A stretch of 64,000 nt of DNA from Klebsormidium nitens (taxonomy: Eukaryota > Plantae > Klebsormidiophyceae): contig DF237101.1 in the NCBI GenBank assembly GCA_000708835.1, positions 89,516 through 153,515 of the forward strand, given 5' to 3'. Position 1 is the first letter of the stretch, and the number at the start of each line of letters is the position of its first letter. The notes below the pieces were generated by a model that made no database searches, was not told the DNA's origin, and worked only from the letters and a program-made list of their open reading frames with translations. Shown piece by piece: positions 12,101-25,249 of this stretch. Made by a program: the position numbers and the translations under genes.

Positions 12101-15100
12101 CGGCGGTGGGTTTGCGGCCCGGGGCTCCCTTATGCTCATTGTAGCCAATCTAGTTGTCATCGTCCGGGTTTCAGAGCTTGCGGACGCGGTTCTTTCAGCA
12201 AAAAGGGAGGGTGTCCGCCAATCCGTTGGAGTTTCGGGCCCCTTCTCATCGACCGCACCGCGGGTCGCAGCGAACGCTATGCCCGATTGGATCATAAGCT
12301 CTTGCCTCTCGTCTTCCGTCATAACGACCGGTTTTCTAAACGGGCGGCCTTTCGGTAACCCGTTTTCGGACTCCACTGGGGGCGACGCCGGGACTGCAGT
12401 CCCCAGAAGGGCGTCCGGATTCCGGTTGTCGCTAAGCATGGCGGTTAGCAGGGACAGCAGCCGCGACGGGTGGAGCACGTCATACGCTATGATGCCGCAC
12501 CCGGAGGCCGCGCGCATCTCCTCGTACATCGCCCCGGGCAGCGCGAAGGAGACGAGCCACGCGACGGCGACACGTGGCGCGTTCGGGGCCGTCCGATCGT
12601 AGTCTCCCAGGAGGGAGCGTAGTGTGACGGATAACGCCTCGGGGCACGGGAACCCGGGCACAACTGACGTGTCGAGAATCAGGAGCAGGGACCCGGAGAA
12701 ATTGCCCCGGTTGCTTTGCTTGCTCGAACCGCTTTCTCGAGGAGGCTGCACAAAGAGTTGGGGGCCCGGCGGCGCTATCTCGCTTGGCGTCGCGTCGCTT
12801 TCGCTCGGCCACAACCGGGAGGGCTTCCGGATCTGGGTACTGTTGCTCGCACTACACTGCGGACGTCCGTCCCTGTCAGTCGAAAGGTCCGCATCTTCGT
12901 CCACAGTCTCGATACGGGCGCTGTGCTTGCTGCTGAGCAATTGGGTGAACGTCTCCCGCAGGCCGCCCCACCGCTCGGCCACGTGAACCCTCAAGCCCCG
13001 CCGCGTCATCCAGGCCGCGGCCGCGGCGCGCCCCGCGGGATCCCCCTTCAGGAGCAAGACGGTGGTCCCTTCGACACGAGACAGAATGGAACGTTCTCTG
13101 CGCGGAAAGTCGGACGCAGACGCGGTGGAGGACATCCGTCGGACTTCCGGCCGTCGAGGTTCCGCTGCGGACGGCAGCGCCGCGACTTGCGATGACTTTG
13201 CCCCGGTTGCTTGGTTCCCGAGCGCTTTGAACGCCGCTTCCGGTGTGCCGAAAAAGCTTCCGTTGCCGTCGGGGGAGTCTTCCGGCGGAAGCCCGAGCAC
13301 GATATGGAACCGGAAGAGACTCCCGGGCTCTGCTTTGTCCTCAATTCGAATGGCGCCCCCCATGAGGGAGACCAGGTTTTTCACCATTGCGAGGCCCAGA
13401 CCGTATCCGCCGCTGTGCCGGGACCCCTGGGTGAAGCTCCCGAGGACTTCCGTCCGCCGGCTGGGTGGAATCCCGACGCCTGTGGACGAAAACCCGGAGG
13501 AGCGGTCGAGACTATAAGCGGAACACGATACCTCAGGTAAACAGGGCCCTTCAGGCATGCGATGCTTTCCTTCCTAGTGTGGGACCGTTGTTCTTCTGGG
13601 TTTCAGGCGGTGCTCCTGATTCTACAAGCCAATCTCGTATTCAGACGAAATGTTGCACTACGGGAAGTGAAAGTGGACTGCAGGCTCCTTCGGGCAAGGG
13701 ACCGTGAGCAGAATATTCTGAATACTTTACGTTTGGATTAGAAGAATGAGAGGCAGCCTGAGTGGACGGGCGAATGCTCGAAGATCTTTGATGCCAGCCT
13801 TTGACACCTGAGATTCCTCCCTTGTGTTGTGGAAAGTGTGCAGCTTGATCACTCAAAGAGCAGGTTGATTCAAGTCAAAAGGAGAGGCAATAAAGGGCAA
13901 CGAGGTGGCCGTCTGGATAATAATCGTCCAGATTCCCAACAGGCTTCGATGCCCTCAGAATTTGCTATAGAGCCCAAGAAGCAATGATGCAGATCCAAAA
14001 AAATTACCTGGTCTTTGAAAGCTGCACGCTATCCGAAAATACAGGTTCACCTATGCAGCGCGGCCCCTTATGCATCCGAAGAATCATTCTTTGTCGCTGA
14101 CTATTCGACACTCTTGCCCCACTATGGGTGAAGTGAAAACTGGATGCAGTACTCGGTATAGGAGCAGAGAGCACAGGTTTATTGAAGAGAGAGCGCCGAA
14201 CTTTACTGCTCATGCTTCAATCAAAGTGAATCTAAAAGAAGACTTACCGGTGTCGTCCACTTCGAAGACGATCGTTGTCCTCCTCAAACTCTCAACTCTG
14301 CTGGACAGTTTCTTCGACGCGACTCGAATCAACGTTCGGAACACTTTGTGGATGGGCTTTGGCGTTGATGTGGTAGCGGGCGAATCGGGCAGAACCGAAG
14401 CTCGAACCACTATATGGCCCTCATTCGTGAACTGCGCAAAGGTTGGAGCACGGAGTCATTCTTTGCCAGAGTTTCATTCTTCTTGGGCTTACGGTGCTGG
14501 TGGATGAAGCGTCGAGGTCGAGACAGACTTTTCTTTGCGACCTACTGCCAAGTACTCAAAACCGACAGGCTTGTTCAGGAGTCCCAGAAAAATTCTCCAG
14601 AAGAGCTAATCTGCTGATTGGTGCTCGCAGCAGGAAGCTCTCCCGTCTTCATAACGCTCTTCGCCCCTACCCCAGTTTTCCTACTCGCGCTACCCCTCTA
14701 ACGAACAAGGAATCTCGCGTTTCATCATTTGCTAAGCGAGGGAGTAGGGCTTCCATTTAAAATCTAATACTTCTACTAAAATCAGAAATTTATCACTCTT
14801 CTCGAAACTCACCGTCACTGCATTGCCCACCAGGTTCGCCAGGATCTGCCGCACGCGCGCGCAGTCCCCGACGACTCTCCGCGGAACGCCGTCGTCCAGG
14901 TCGAGAACTAGTGCGACGCCCTTTTTGGCGGACTGCACCGCGAACATGTCCACCAGCGCCTCCAGCTCCTGGCCCAGGTCGAACGGGCCCGCCTCCAGGC
15001 TCAGCTTGCCGGACTCAACCTGGACGTCCGAAGCGCACGGAGGTCAGCGTCCGGAAAAATGGTCCTGACTTGCTGGACTCAACAAGTGGACTTCCGAAGC

Positions 15101-18100
15101 GCACGGAGGTCAGCGTCCGCAGGAATGGTCTCGACTTGCCGGACTCTACCTGGACGTCCGAAGCGCACGGTGTCAGCATCGGCAAGACGAGTCTCGACTC
15201 TCGCAAAAGAGAAAACTTCAGATGAGGGAAGAGTTATTTATGGCGGAGCGTCGTAAGAGTAAGACAAGTACGTGCTCCCATTCCTAGGCCAGGAGAAGGC
15301 ATAATGTATCCTGGAAGATGCCAATGACTTGACCAACTCCGTTCTTTAAAAGCAGACGTCGTAGACGCGGCAGAGGCTGTAGCTCAATGATTGCAACTGA
15401 TTCAAAGTAGACGACGCTTCAGAAGCTGTGGCTTCATGAATGCATTTGTTTCGAAGCAGAAAGTAGGACTCCTATCCGGAATAAAACCTCCAATCAGATC
15501 GAACTTTGAAATCCTTAGAAAGTGGTCACGTTAAGATATGCACTCCGTGTTCTGACGTTTGTCAAAGAAGTTGTGGACTACCTTGTGGAGGTCCAGGATG
15601 GACTTGAGGAGGTCTAGCAGCTGCAGCGCGCACAGGCGCACCTGCTTCAGGCTGCTGCGCTGCTCGCTGTGGAGCCGCCCGTCGCCTAGCAGCACCTCGA
15701 GGAGCCCTGCATCCGTTAGAAAGACGTTCCGTTGAAAAGTCCATTCCGTCGGAGAGATTATTCGGTTGGGAAAAAATGGTGGGAAACTGGTCCGTTCCAG
15801 AGAGCCTTAGTTGGACAAAGAGATTGTGGGGGAAGACTGTTCCGTTCCCCAAAGAGCCTTAAGCGGAGAGATCATTCATTCTCACTTTGGCACCTTAAAA
15901 ATCTAGTTTGCATCTTCTCGTCTTGTACAGATCTTCCGCATACATGTGAACTGATACGGGCGTAATGAGCGAGCGGGCAGACGAAAGCAAAAGCCTTCGC
16001 GTCAGGACAACCAAAAATCAGTTTAGTCGCTTCTAGCCAGTGCCTGCCTAGGAGTGTTCTTTGAGGCCTCACCGATGATGCAGCAGAGGGGCGTCCGCAC
16101 GTCGTGGCTCATGGCCGCCAGGAACTGGCTCTTGTAGTCGGACGCCTTTTCCGCCCGGTCCTTGAGCTGCAAACTGTGGATCAGCTCCGCCCTGAGGAGC
16201 ATTTCCCGGCTAACCCGGCAGGTTAGCAGCACGGTTAGCACGCAACCTAGCAATAGGACCCCGGCCGTAATTGAACTGATGATGATCAGCTCCCGCAAGG
16301 AGGTCTGGTCAATGTCGTCCCAGATGACCGACCTGGGAACGGCCATAACCGTAACCTGGAAAAGAAAGGAGAAAATCAGTTGATGAGGATGAAGATTTGA
16401 TGGCGTCTGCGAGACTGAGGTTTGAGGTTGCCTCGAAGAAAGGACTTTGAAGCTGAAAGTTTAGCACAGGCAAGACCACAAGCTCAAGATTTCCCTTTGA
16501 GTTGGCCAAAGGAAGTTCGTATCGGGCGAGCTTTGGTGGGGCAAACGTCTGAAACGGTTTCACTGGATCAAGCGAGGAGAGTGCTGGTAACAAGAAGGGC
16601 GGCTGAAGATTGATAAGATATAATGAGGGACGATGGACAACAAAGTTCTATGGATGAAATCCCACTTCTAGGCTGCGTTTTGAGTCGACAGAGAAGCTTC
16701 AATTGACTGACAATCGGCTATCACGCATCTGCATGTGGACCTGAGAGCTTGCAAGTCAAGCTTCCAACGGAACTGCAGTAGAAGGGAATCTCAATACCGT
16801 CGGAGTTTGGAAATCAAAAAACGGTCTGAAGAGCTTCTTTGTCACAGTGAAAAACTTCAAAGAGCGTTGGACGGGGCAGCGCTGCTGGATGGATGAGGGA
16901 CACGATGTCATTAGAAGACATCAAATCAGGTTATGACAAGGAGACACTGTCCTTGCAGTCTAGTAGCGTTATTCAGAAGGCTCGAGCCCTACTATACCAA
17001 TCATGTACCTCCTCCCTTGACAAGAAGTTGCAGCGCTAGCCAACCTACTTCGCAAGAACTCTTGCAATGGTTGGAAAGTCTTTGAGCTCGAGCGTTTTCA
17101 ACGGTACGTACCAAGATTCTGGATTCCACCTCCATAGTGGCACCGGAGATATAGTAGCCCTCCCCCGCCAATGGCACGCTGTGGAACTGCGCGATCCCCG
17201 TTGCAGGCCACTGTTGACGAGCCGCTGGGGTCGAGAGAAAGCGCGCGGACTCGCGCATGAGCCTGTTTGACGTGTTCAAGGCTTTCAGAGTCACGTCTAA
17301 CGATGCTGCAATGGAGAATGAGATTTCCTGGTGTCAGTGATTCCTGGTTCAGGGCAATCAGTCAGGAGGTTTCCCTCGTTGAAAAAGAACACGCAAAATC
17401 ATCCGATTTCTTTCTCAAATCAATAATAAACACTCATAAAAACGACTCCATACTTCCACCCTGCGCCATGAATACTCCGCATCAGCTACCAGTAAGCATC
17501 CTGAGCACTAGGGGGACTTCAATCGGACAAGAGGCTACCCGAATCACAGCATTCCTTCACCGATGAGGAGGATGAATAGGATATCGCTTCAATGTACAGT
17601 TCCTAGGACGCGATTCAGTGCTCAATCAGCTTCTCGGTAAATCTGGCATTTCCTTCGAAAGAGGCGCGCCGTTTGAAGGGAGGCGATGTGGACAAGCAAA
17701 AAGAGGTGCAACTAGTGCTCCACGCCTCCGCATTTTGCTTTACCTCAAGGCAGCTTAAGCTCGAACAAAGGTCAAATGACATCTTCCTAGTATCGACTTC
17801 CAAGGGTCATTCTTAGTCTCCGCACTTGATGGTAATGTCCAAACACACCGGATCACCAAGACTGCCCTGTTGTCCTATCAACTGAGCAGCTATTGGGAGT
17901 ATTCTCGCCAGTGGAACTTGCGTTCAGGTTTGACGTCCAAGTTCGACTGAGCTTGCTTCTATCCCCCCCGCCTCGTGTCCTTAACATAAATCCTACGCCC
18001 CTTCACCGTCTAGATCTCAGAAAGAAATGCTTTTCAAAAGGACGAACCAGATCATCCCAAGGACTGGGAGTCAAAAATCGAATGCGCCTTCACAATGTGA

Positions 18101-20719
18101 TGAGTCAAATCGTTCACGCACTCACTCATTAGCGCGGGATCGTAAGTTCCGGTCAAGTCCGAGCTGGCGATGACTTTCTCGGTGTACGCCTCAGAAACAT
18201 ACAGGAGCCCCGCATGCTCCGGCCGAATGCTCGCGAGCAGCTGTGTGAGCGTGTCGGCGGTCGAAGTCCCGAAGGCAACCCCCAGGGTTGCGTTGCTAAC
18301 CGGGTCCTTAACCACTTGCGCAGATAGGAAGACCAAGGTGGTGTTCATTGCCCACTGCACCGGGAAAGGCACTGGTCAGGAAGACTCTTCAATTCAGCAA
18401 TGGTAAGCTTCAGCAATAGCAAGATAACCAGCCTGAGACGGGTAGGGTTACTGTGGTGGTTAGGGTGGGTTCGGGTGCGGAGCGGGTGATTTTGTAGGTA
18501 AGGTTTTTTGTGTTAGTGTTGAAGCTCACTATTGCTAGAGCTTACTATTGCTAAATTGAAGAGTTATCTGGTCAGGTCAACTGAGCTCATCATTCGCGCG
18601 GTTCTGATCGCTTCCGGTGGTTGAAGAAGTTGTGCTTCTGGCTGGCGACTTATCTTGATTGGGCTTCGCAAGCTTCGTGCCATCCATTTGGGTTGCAACA
18701 CTCTTCTGAGACTTGCCTTTCCTAGACTCAACTACCAAGTTGCACAGAAACGTGACACGTTTCTGGGCCTTAGCATTCGAGAACGACAAGCCAGATACTC
18801 AAAGCCCGAGACCTGTCTCCGTTGGTTCAGCTTTGAAAGAAGCATCTCAGAAATTCCTGTCGAGCAAAGTAAAGGATTGGCGGCCAGGCGAATAACCCCT
18901 GAAAGCGAGAGGGCTTACGATGAGACCCCAAGCCATGGCGCCTGTAGTCATCGTCTCCCTGTAGGGCTCCGTGCACCTGAAATCCGTGGTCCCAATAATA
19001 GCAAAAGGCTTCGCAGTCGGGTTGCCAAACGGGTCCACACTTTGAAAGTACAAAGGCACTTTAGTGATTCCGCTGGGGTCCCTCGGTGGGGCGCTCGACT
19101 GGTTGGCAAAAATGTGCCGGATTCTGCCGTCGTCAAACCGGCGGTAGCCGGTGATGAGGCCGTCGTGGGTTTGAAAATGGCACCAGCTGACGTTGGGGGA
19201 GGACTCGAGCGTGGACAAGATGAGGGGGGCAATCTGTAGAGCAGAGAGTAGGAAAGTAAGTGCTTCGATGATAGTAACCTGTCTTTCTTCTACGGTGTGA
19301 AGCTTAGCTACGGATCATTGACCCAAAAACGGTTGGGTGATCGTCGGACCCGAATATATGAACTGGGAGCTCAGAAAGGGTTGGACGGAACTCATGGAAC
19401 GATTGTTTTTGACGGGGTGCCTCTCGGAGCTAAGGCGTTTATGAGGACGTTGGGAGGTGGTAATGTACGGATTGTGTGGATTAGCTAGGAGCGTTCGTAA
19501 CAGGGAACCACAGCGCTGAAGGAGAAAGTTCTTGAGGAGAATGAGAACTTTGACACGCGGCAAAGCCGAATGCGGGACAGCCAAGAGGAATTTAAGATCG
19601 TAAGGTGGTCGAATCACAGAAGCTGGCAAGCGGCAACCTGCCGAAATTCATCCGCCTTGAGGCTTCCCTAATGAGGAGGAGCTTTGACTCCTTATACACT
19701 GACTCCAATAAAATGGCTCAAGCTGATGCGATCAAAACGGTCTAAGGGAAATCTGCTGAGACATAGAGCCTTTGAAGATCTCAGTTTGAGAGAAAAGACG
19801 ACACTTCCGTAGTTCTGCCTTTCAAATCCTTACCTCTTTCTCGATCACGCTGAAGTCACTCAAGTCAGCCGTCCTCATGCGTGGCGTGAGGGCGATCGTC
19901 GTGGCAATCTGCCTGGACATTCGTGTCGTAGCGCTGAGATACTTTGAAAAAAACTTTGCACCGAAATCCAGTGAGTGCGCCTGATTCTCCTTAGTCAGCC
20001 GCTCAATGTTGCGACGGGCCACAAAATCCATCTGATACCAAGTCGAGTAGGCCATGGCTGCGATGAGCACACACATGAGTACCTATGCGCAGAACGGAAG
20101 CAAGTGGTGCGACGTCATTAGAAACACAGCATCTTAGCCGAGTACACAAGTCGCTCAAGTGTGAGAATGTATGAAGGATCTTCAACTCCCTCCATCTGAC
20201 ACATGGCAGCAATGAGTGCAAATGCTCACAATGCAGTTAAGTACACGGACTGGTGAAAATCGATCGGAACATAAGATGAGGTAGCTCACAATGTCTGCGC
20301 GACGTTTTTTTGGTCACGTGAAACAAGACTTTGAGCTAGCACAGAGCGTCGGAGATTTAGAAGTGAGATGAAGCTCTGAAGGCAAGCTTGGCTGCACACC
20401 TCTGTTGCCGTCGTTGTCTCATCAGCGGCCATTGGCTCTTGCAAAAGAGCCTTCCTCGCCACGTTTGCACTAATCTCAAGAGCATACCAACTCAGATGAG
20501 ATACATTTGCAAGAGAAATTGCAAGAACAAATGGAAGAGCGTCTACTGCAGACCCAAAGAACTCCTTACCATGATCCCCAGCCTAGTGATCAAGACCATA
20601 TGGTCAAACCCCCCGGTTTTGCGTCCCAGCGATACGGACGTTCGCATCTCCTTGGCCTGCACGACCACTTGGGTGACAGTAGTACTACCACTCCCTTCGG
20701 GGAGATCCTTCGAAGCCAT
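9185..20719 (-). CDS. Membrane-bound hybrid histidine kinase, AHK1/CKI1 type (TM, extracellular domain, TM, HisKA, HATPase_c, degenerate receiver, receiver), 13 exons, about 1273 aa
   Basis: Exons 20719-20570, 20082-19834, 19233-18919, 18354-18126, 17224-17112, 16355-16073, 15706-15582, 15019-14813, 14431-14248, 13479-11885, 11139-10899, 9974-9923, 9263-9185, all in phase. H-box MSHDVRTPL, N-box QILANLVGNAVTFT, G1 FEVDDTGVGIP, G2 GGYGLGL; receiver ILIVEDT...LMDCQMPVLDG...ALTAHAM...YLTKPI. The exon-5 donor could instead be at 17130. Confidence 0.93.
9764..9888. mobile_element. Tc1/mariner-type MITE, 125 bp, in the last intron of the histidine kinase
   Basis: Perfect inverted repeat 9760-9796 / 9856-9892. 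Ends read TA|CAGCTTCTCCC...GGGAGAAGCTG|TA (TA target duplication). Internal direct repeat GTCTAAGTTAG occurs twice. Confidence 0.85.
10025..10210 (+). mobile_element. Conserved-core, variable-TIR element, copy 3 (intronic)
   Basis: Core present; about 30-bp TIR (AACTCAAGAAAGACAATAGTAAGCCGAGA); perfect 9-bp TSD GCTTCCGGC (10016-10024, 10211-10219). Confidence 0.88.
15005..15197 (-). repeat. Three tandem units of about 64 bp spanning a splice acceptor of the histidine kinase
   Basis: The unit CCGTGCGCTTCGGACGTCCAG|GTTGAGTCCGGCAAG appears three times with small changes. Confidence 0.9.
18381..18567 (+). mobile_element. Conserved-core, variable-TIR element, copy 4 (intronic)
   Basis: Core present; about 40-bp TIR (ACTCTTCAATTCAGCAATGGTAAGCTTCAGCAATAG); perfect 9-bp TSD CTGGTCAGG (18372-18380, 18568-18576). 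Confidence 0.88.
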
Positions 20720-22096
20720 CACGTGACTCAGGCTTATCTAGGGCCACTACCTGCCAGGGTGGCGCTCAAAAGGCGCCAACGGGTTCTGTGAACTTCAACC
20801 AGCCACTTGATAACTTCAGAAGAGCCTATCATGCTACTGATGACAGGATGTCAGGCTTTTGATTCGCATGTCTATAGTGTGCACATCTGATTCTGCCTGC
20901 ACTTCATGAACCAGCTGATTCAGGTTGATTTATGCTACTCACTCAAGTATGGACCCCACTTTGAGTTTTGACAATACAGGCTTAATTTCTTGGAGCTGCT
21001 TCCCATTCTGAAGTTGCCGATGTCTTTCTTTGCTGATTCAAAGTGCCAGCTTGAAGAAGCACGTGCAATAGAAGATGGCTTTTCAGCAAAGACGTTGGCC
21101 TGCCAGCTACATGAATTACTGCTGGACAGCTTGCGGTCCGTTTGGCAGAAATATGGCCCTTAAAACCGAAGGTCACTGCAATTGTTCTTCCGCGGCCCAC
21201 GCTTTGCGTTATAGTATCTGGACCACAAGCTTCCAGCTCCTCATCCTTTTACCCTTCTAGCGGCCTTTTGTCCAGAGTCTTTTCATAAGAGCATTGACTC
21301 TGATCTCGAGCCGTCCTCCAATCAATTATGTATGTGAGCGGTCGGCAAGCCTCACAGCTCACGAATGTGAAATCTGAAGAAAACAGGCCAGCAAACTGGG
21401 GTGCTCTTAAAAGTGGACTGCTGAGACTGCTGGCTGCTAGCGGCTGTCTCAAGGCTGGGCTATCTAAGCATGCTAATGCAATGATCACTTGAACTGCGCT
21501 CAGACCCGAGGGCCGACCGGACGGTCAACCGCTGGAAGTGACCCGCAAGCCGGCGAGCGCGCGCGAGATACCTGCCATCAGGCATGGAGGCGGGGCAGAG
21601 CCTCGGAGCCCATGACGACATGCATCATTGATGTAGACTCGGACGGTTATAGACTGGGTGAGTTGGTCATGCAAAGCAGGCAAGGCCTCTGCCCATGAGC
21701 CCATCCAATCCCAGTTACCTGGGTAGTTTGCAGCGCAGCCAGGCCAGAGCCCGTTCATCAGAAAGAAATAGTGATGAACACACACACATTCATATCATGT
21801 ATGCCATAAGGAGCCTATGGCTTAGGTGACTACGGCGTGTAAAAGAGAACATCATCGATCGGCAGCTGTGACGCGCATTGCAGAGCACCGTGACATAATA
21901 GATGCCAGGCCTTTCAATGGCGATGTCTGAAATTGTAAGTCGCGTCGATCTGTTCACGATTGTTGGAGCAAGGCATAGCAGCGAGGAGTGTGGCCCGTGT
22001 GGGAGTGACATTGGAGGTGCTGTGGCACTCACATGCGACTTTGAGATGGCTTGGCCAACGACCATTGTACGTGCATTGTACTAACGTTGACATTGA

Positions 22097-22160
22097 TCTC
22101 ATATTGATATTGATATTGATATTATATCAATAACATTATTGAGTATTAATATATATTGCA
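22097..22160. repeat. Short AT-rich (ATATTG)n microsatellite-like tract
   Basis: catattgatattgatattgatattatatc in otherwise roughly balanced-GC DNA. Confidence 0.6.
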
Positions 22161-23075
22161 TCTTGCTTTGCGCGCAATCAATCATGAGGCGGCGCTACAT
22201 GTAAGTTCGTCTGTCTAGTTTGTTGTCGGATCATGGCGGCTTCGTCATGATAATCATGGCGCGTTTTGTCCGCATTGTAATCCATCAGAACCAGATATGT
22301 TGCATGCATTCCGCCTGACACGAGTATCTTAGCGCAAGGAAGTTCTGGGTGGCTACTCCATCGACATCTTTCTTTTTGCCTGTATTATCGTATCTTGCTT
22401 AGATCACAACGTACAAGTTACATGCTCCTCTTATGATGCCAAATACTTACAAAGTATTTTTAGCCGTAACCAGCTAAGAATTCGGGCCAGGTGCATGATA
22501 CATACATAATTTAAGGAAAGATTGAAGAACCCGGACTGACTACATGAGCCTAAGGTTGTTGATAGGGATAACATTCCTCTTTTGCATGAGGGTATAGGCG
22601 ATCAAGCCCCTTGGAACCAATGATTGTAGACGAGCATGTCGCTAACTCGTGTGGAACATGCTTGTGGAAACTCGTGTATTCCACAAGCCAAAACCAATCG
22701 GTCAGGATGGATCGATATTATATGGTCGCAACTAATGTTGGATACATGAAATCCAGCTAGTGATTTTGAAGGTTCAAGCGGGAACAACATCATGCCAGGA
22801 AAAATAACTCGTATGGCCACAGACAACCTGCCCTGAATGGAGGCAAGCGAGCCAAAGCTGCGAATGAAGATTGCTTCACTCGATCCCAAACTATTAGCCC
22901 TCGGATACTTGTATTGACTGCAAAAGCCCCCCTAACAAGCCTCTCTTGTCCAGCAAAAACTCTCGGTGCTTTCAGCTTGAAACATCTGATTATGTGACCA
23001 GCCTGTCACGTCTCAAGACTGGCCATGTTGATCATGCTCAATCGTTAGCAATGGTTTTGGTCGTGGGAGGGCCTG

Positions 23076-23872
23076 TCAACCCTTCCCAGTCATGGCATTT
23101 GCCACCTGGACGCACAAAGGATGCACATTCGGAAGAAGGTCAAAGGTTACTGCTCTGCACTGGAAGGCCTGTTACGGAGATGACATTTTTTATCTTGCAA
23201 AAAAGTTGCTGGAGACCAAAAGCACGTGTCCTACCTTCTAACCATACCCAACAGAATCGCAGTCACATTCCGATGCTCCCTTAAAAGACGCCTGCCACTT
23301 CCATCTGTCCAACGCCCTTTTAAAGATACCGCTGCTTACCTGTGCTGGCCTTGGCGGGGTCACTTTTTCAGCTCCTAGGGCATTCCGGATTGGTGGTACA
23401 ACAAGGGGAAGGGCGAGTCCTGTAAGGCAAACCTGAGCTGAGACTGCGAAGGATGTCAAGAACAGAGAATCCCTGTGGGGCCTTGTCCTTGAGCTTCAAA
23501 GGAAAGACTGGTGAAGAAGCTAGAAACATGACCGTAGAGCACGGCCTTTGAGAGCGACCAGTAGAGAGCATCAGAACACAGCAGTGCGACAAGCTTCGTC
23601 TCCTGCTCTTAACTTTTTAAACCAATTCATTGTTGATACAATGGTGGATGTCGTCAGAAGGAGATCAGCAAGGAGAAAGCATGTCAAAGAACAGCCAGAA
23701 GCAGATTGGTCCTTTACGTAACGTGGAATTGACAGGCAAAACCCTGAGAGGCTGTGATGTTAGAGCGTTGCGATCCACACTTCCACGCACCTACTAGTGA
23801 GATCCCGCACGACCATACCACCACCGGCTCTCTGATCAGCGCATGACGTAGCCAGCCCCCCAGGCTAGCCAT
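23076..23872 (-). CDS. NDUFA3: Mitochondrial complex I subunit B9 (NDUFA3/NI9M family), 3 exons, 63 aa
   Basis: Exons 23872-23791, 23419-23340, 23105-23076 give MASLGGWLRHALIREPVVVWSCGISLVGLALPLVVPPIRNALGAEKVTPPRPAQVANAMTGKG. The EPV..WSC...G...P.VVPPIR signature, single TM segment and size all fit. Confidence 0.8.
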
Positions 23873-25249
23873 GGCCCCCAGTCCCTTCAGCAACCGTCGC
23901 GCCCGCTTTTTGCGTTGGTTTTTGAGCGGGGGCAAGCGTCCAACCTGATTCGTGAAAAGTGGGAATATCAGACTTTGCACCGTTGCATGATTGGTGGTTC
24001 TGCAGCGCATGTGAGATGACCTACATTTTGACCAATCAACGACTTTGTGCGTGCGCACTCCGCCATTCTTTGGGCCCTGCATTCGTGTAAGCACTGGCGA
24101 GTACAGTGTCTCTGACTGAACCTGGCAAGGCTGCTCAAAATGATCACATTTCATAGCCTTACTCAATATGTTGAGTGCGTCTAAGGGCGCAACAGGTCAA
24201 CATCTATCTTAAATACCACTCAAGCAGTACTCGACTAACTACCAACCGATCAAGGCGCAGAAGGAAGATTCTCTGACCTCAATAAGGGGCACCTTGACGT
24301 CAAGACTGGAACGTTGAGGCAGCAGGGCGAAATCTGCCGCAGAACAGTCGGAACCTGCAGTGCTGCTTTCACCTGGACAAACAGCAATTCTGTAAGACTA
24401 AGAATCTGCTGAGCATCTGATCATCATCAACCTGAAACGTTTCTACGTACAGACATATCCGGCAGGAGGATAAGTAATCTAGTTTTAGAGAAGCAAAAAG
24501 GATCCTTCCTGCTGAAATGATCACTCAAAGCGGAGCCTCACCTGACCCTCACCGCCTCCCCAGCCACCTGGACAAGGGCGCCTCCTCGTAGATCCTATGC
24601 AATTTACTAGTCATGTAGCATTTCTGCTTGGAAGAGCAACGTTCGATCACAAATATAAAGTTAAACTGCTGAAAGGAGATTCCTTTGTAAGGAATTGACA
24701 CCAGGTTGACGAGCGTTGCCGTTTCAAAGAACGTCTCCATAGAGGCTAAAGGACTAAATATGGCCTTGATAAGCCATATACCGTTCTGACGGTTCTCAGA
24801 CAACCCCAGGCATCCCGTCGTCTTGTGCCAAACGAAGTTCGGCCCCTGGATTTTTGCAAAGTCTGTCCATCTTTACGTCTGCATTTGCAGCTTAACTAGC
24901 TAGGCGATGCCTCGCTGTGCATCGCACATGTCACCTTCTCTATGGCGCCCCCTCAGGTTCAACATCCCTGATAGATTCAGCAGCTTCTACATAGGGGGAA
25001 CGCCCCAGCAGATGGTTGCAGCCATTCTCCAGCATCCCCGCGCCTTCTCTGCAGCTGACACTTTGGCTTCAGCCAGCTTTGTTGAATTTCCGATCAGGAG
25101 CAACTAAAAGTTCAGGCAGGCACTGATTCAAGCACTCTTATGCCCCGAAAGCCCTTTGCGTGGGGCTTGCTCGGGAGCTCCCCATGATGAATGGGAGCAG
25201 TAGCGTTCGACGTAGCCCATTGATTGCCATTTCAGCTGAGACTATAGCA

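Noticed and set aside
11831-13558. 575-aa ORF as a stand-alone bacterial-type kinase or bacterial contamination
   Set aside because: It is exon 10 of a 13-exon spliced gene and lacks the H-box on its own.
15005-15197. CRISPR-like regularly spaced repeats
   Set aside because: The units are contiguous with no unique spacers, there are no cas genes, and the context is a eukaryotic intron. The same applies to the repeats at 45485-45712 and 47975-48450.
18655-19239. 194-aa plus-strand ORF (and similar antisense ORFs across the window)
   Set aside because: It is the antisense shadow of a GC-rich exon and has no protein motif.
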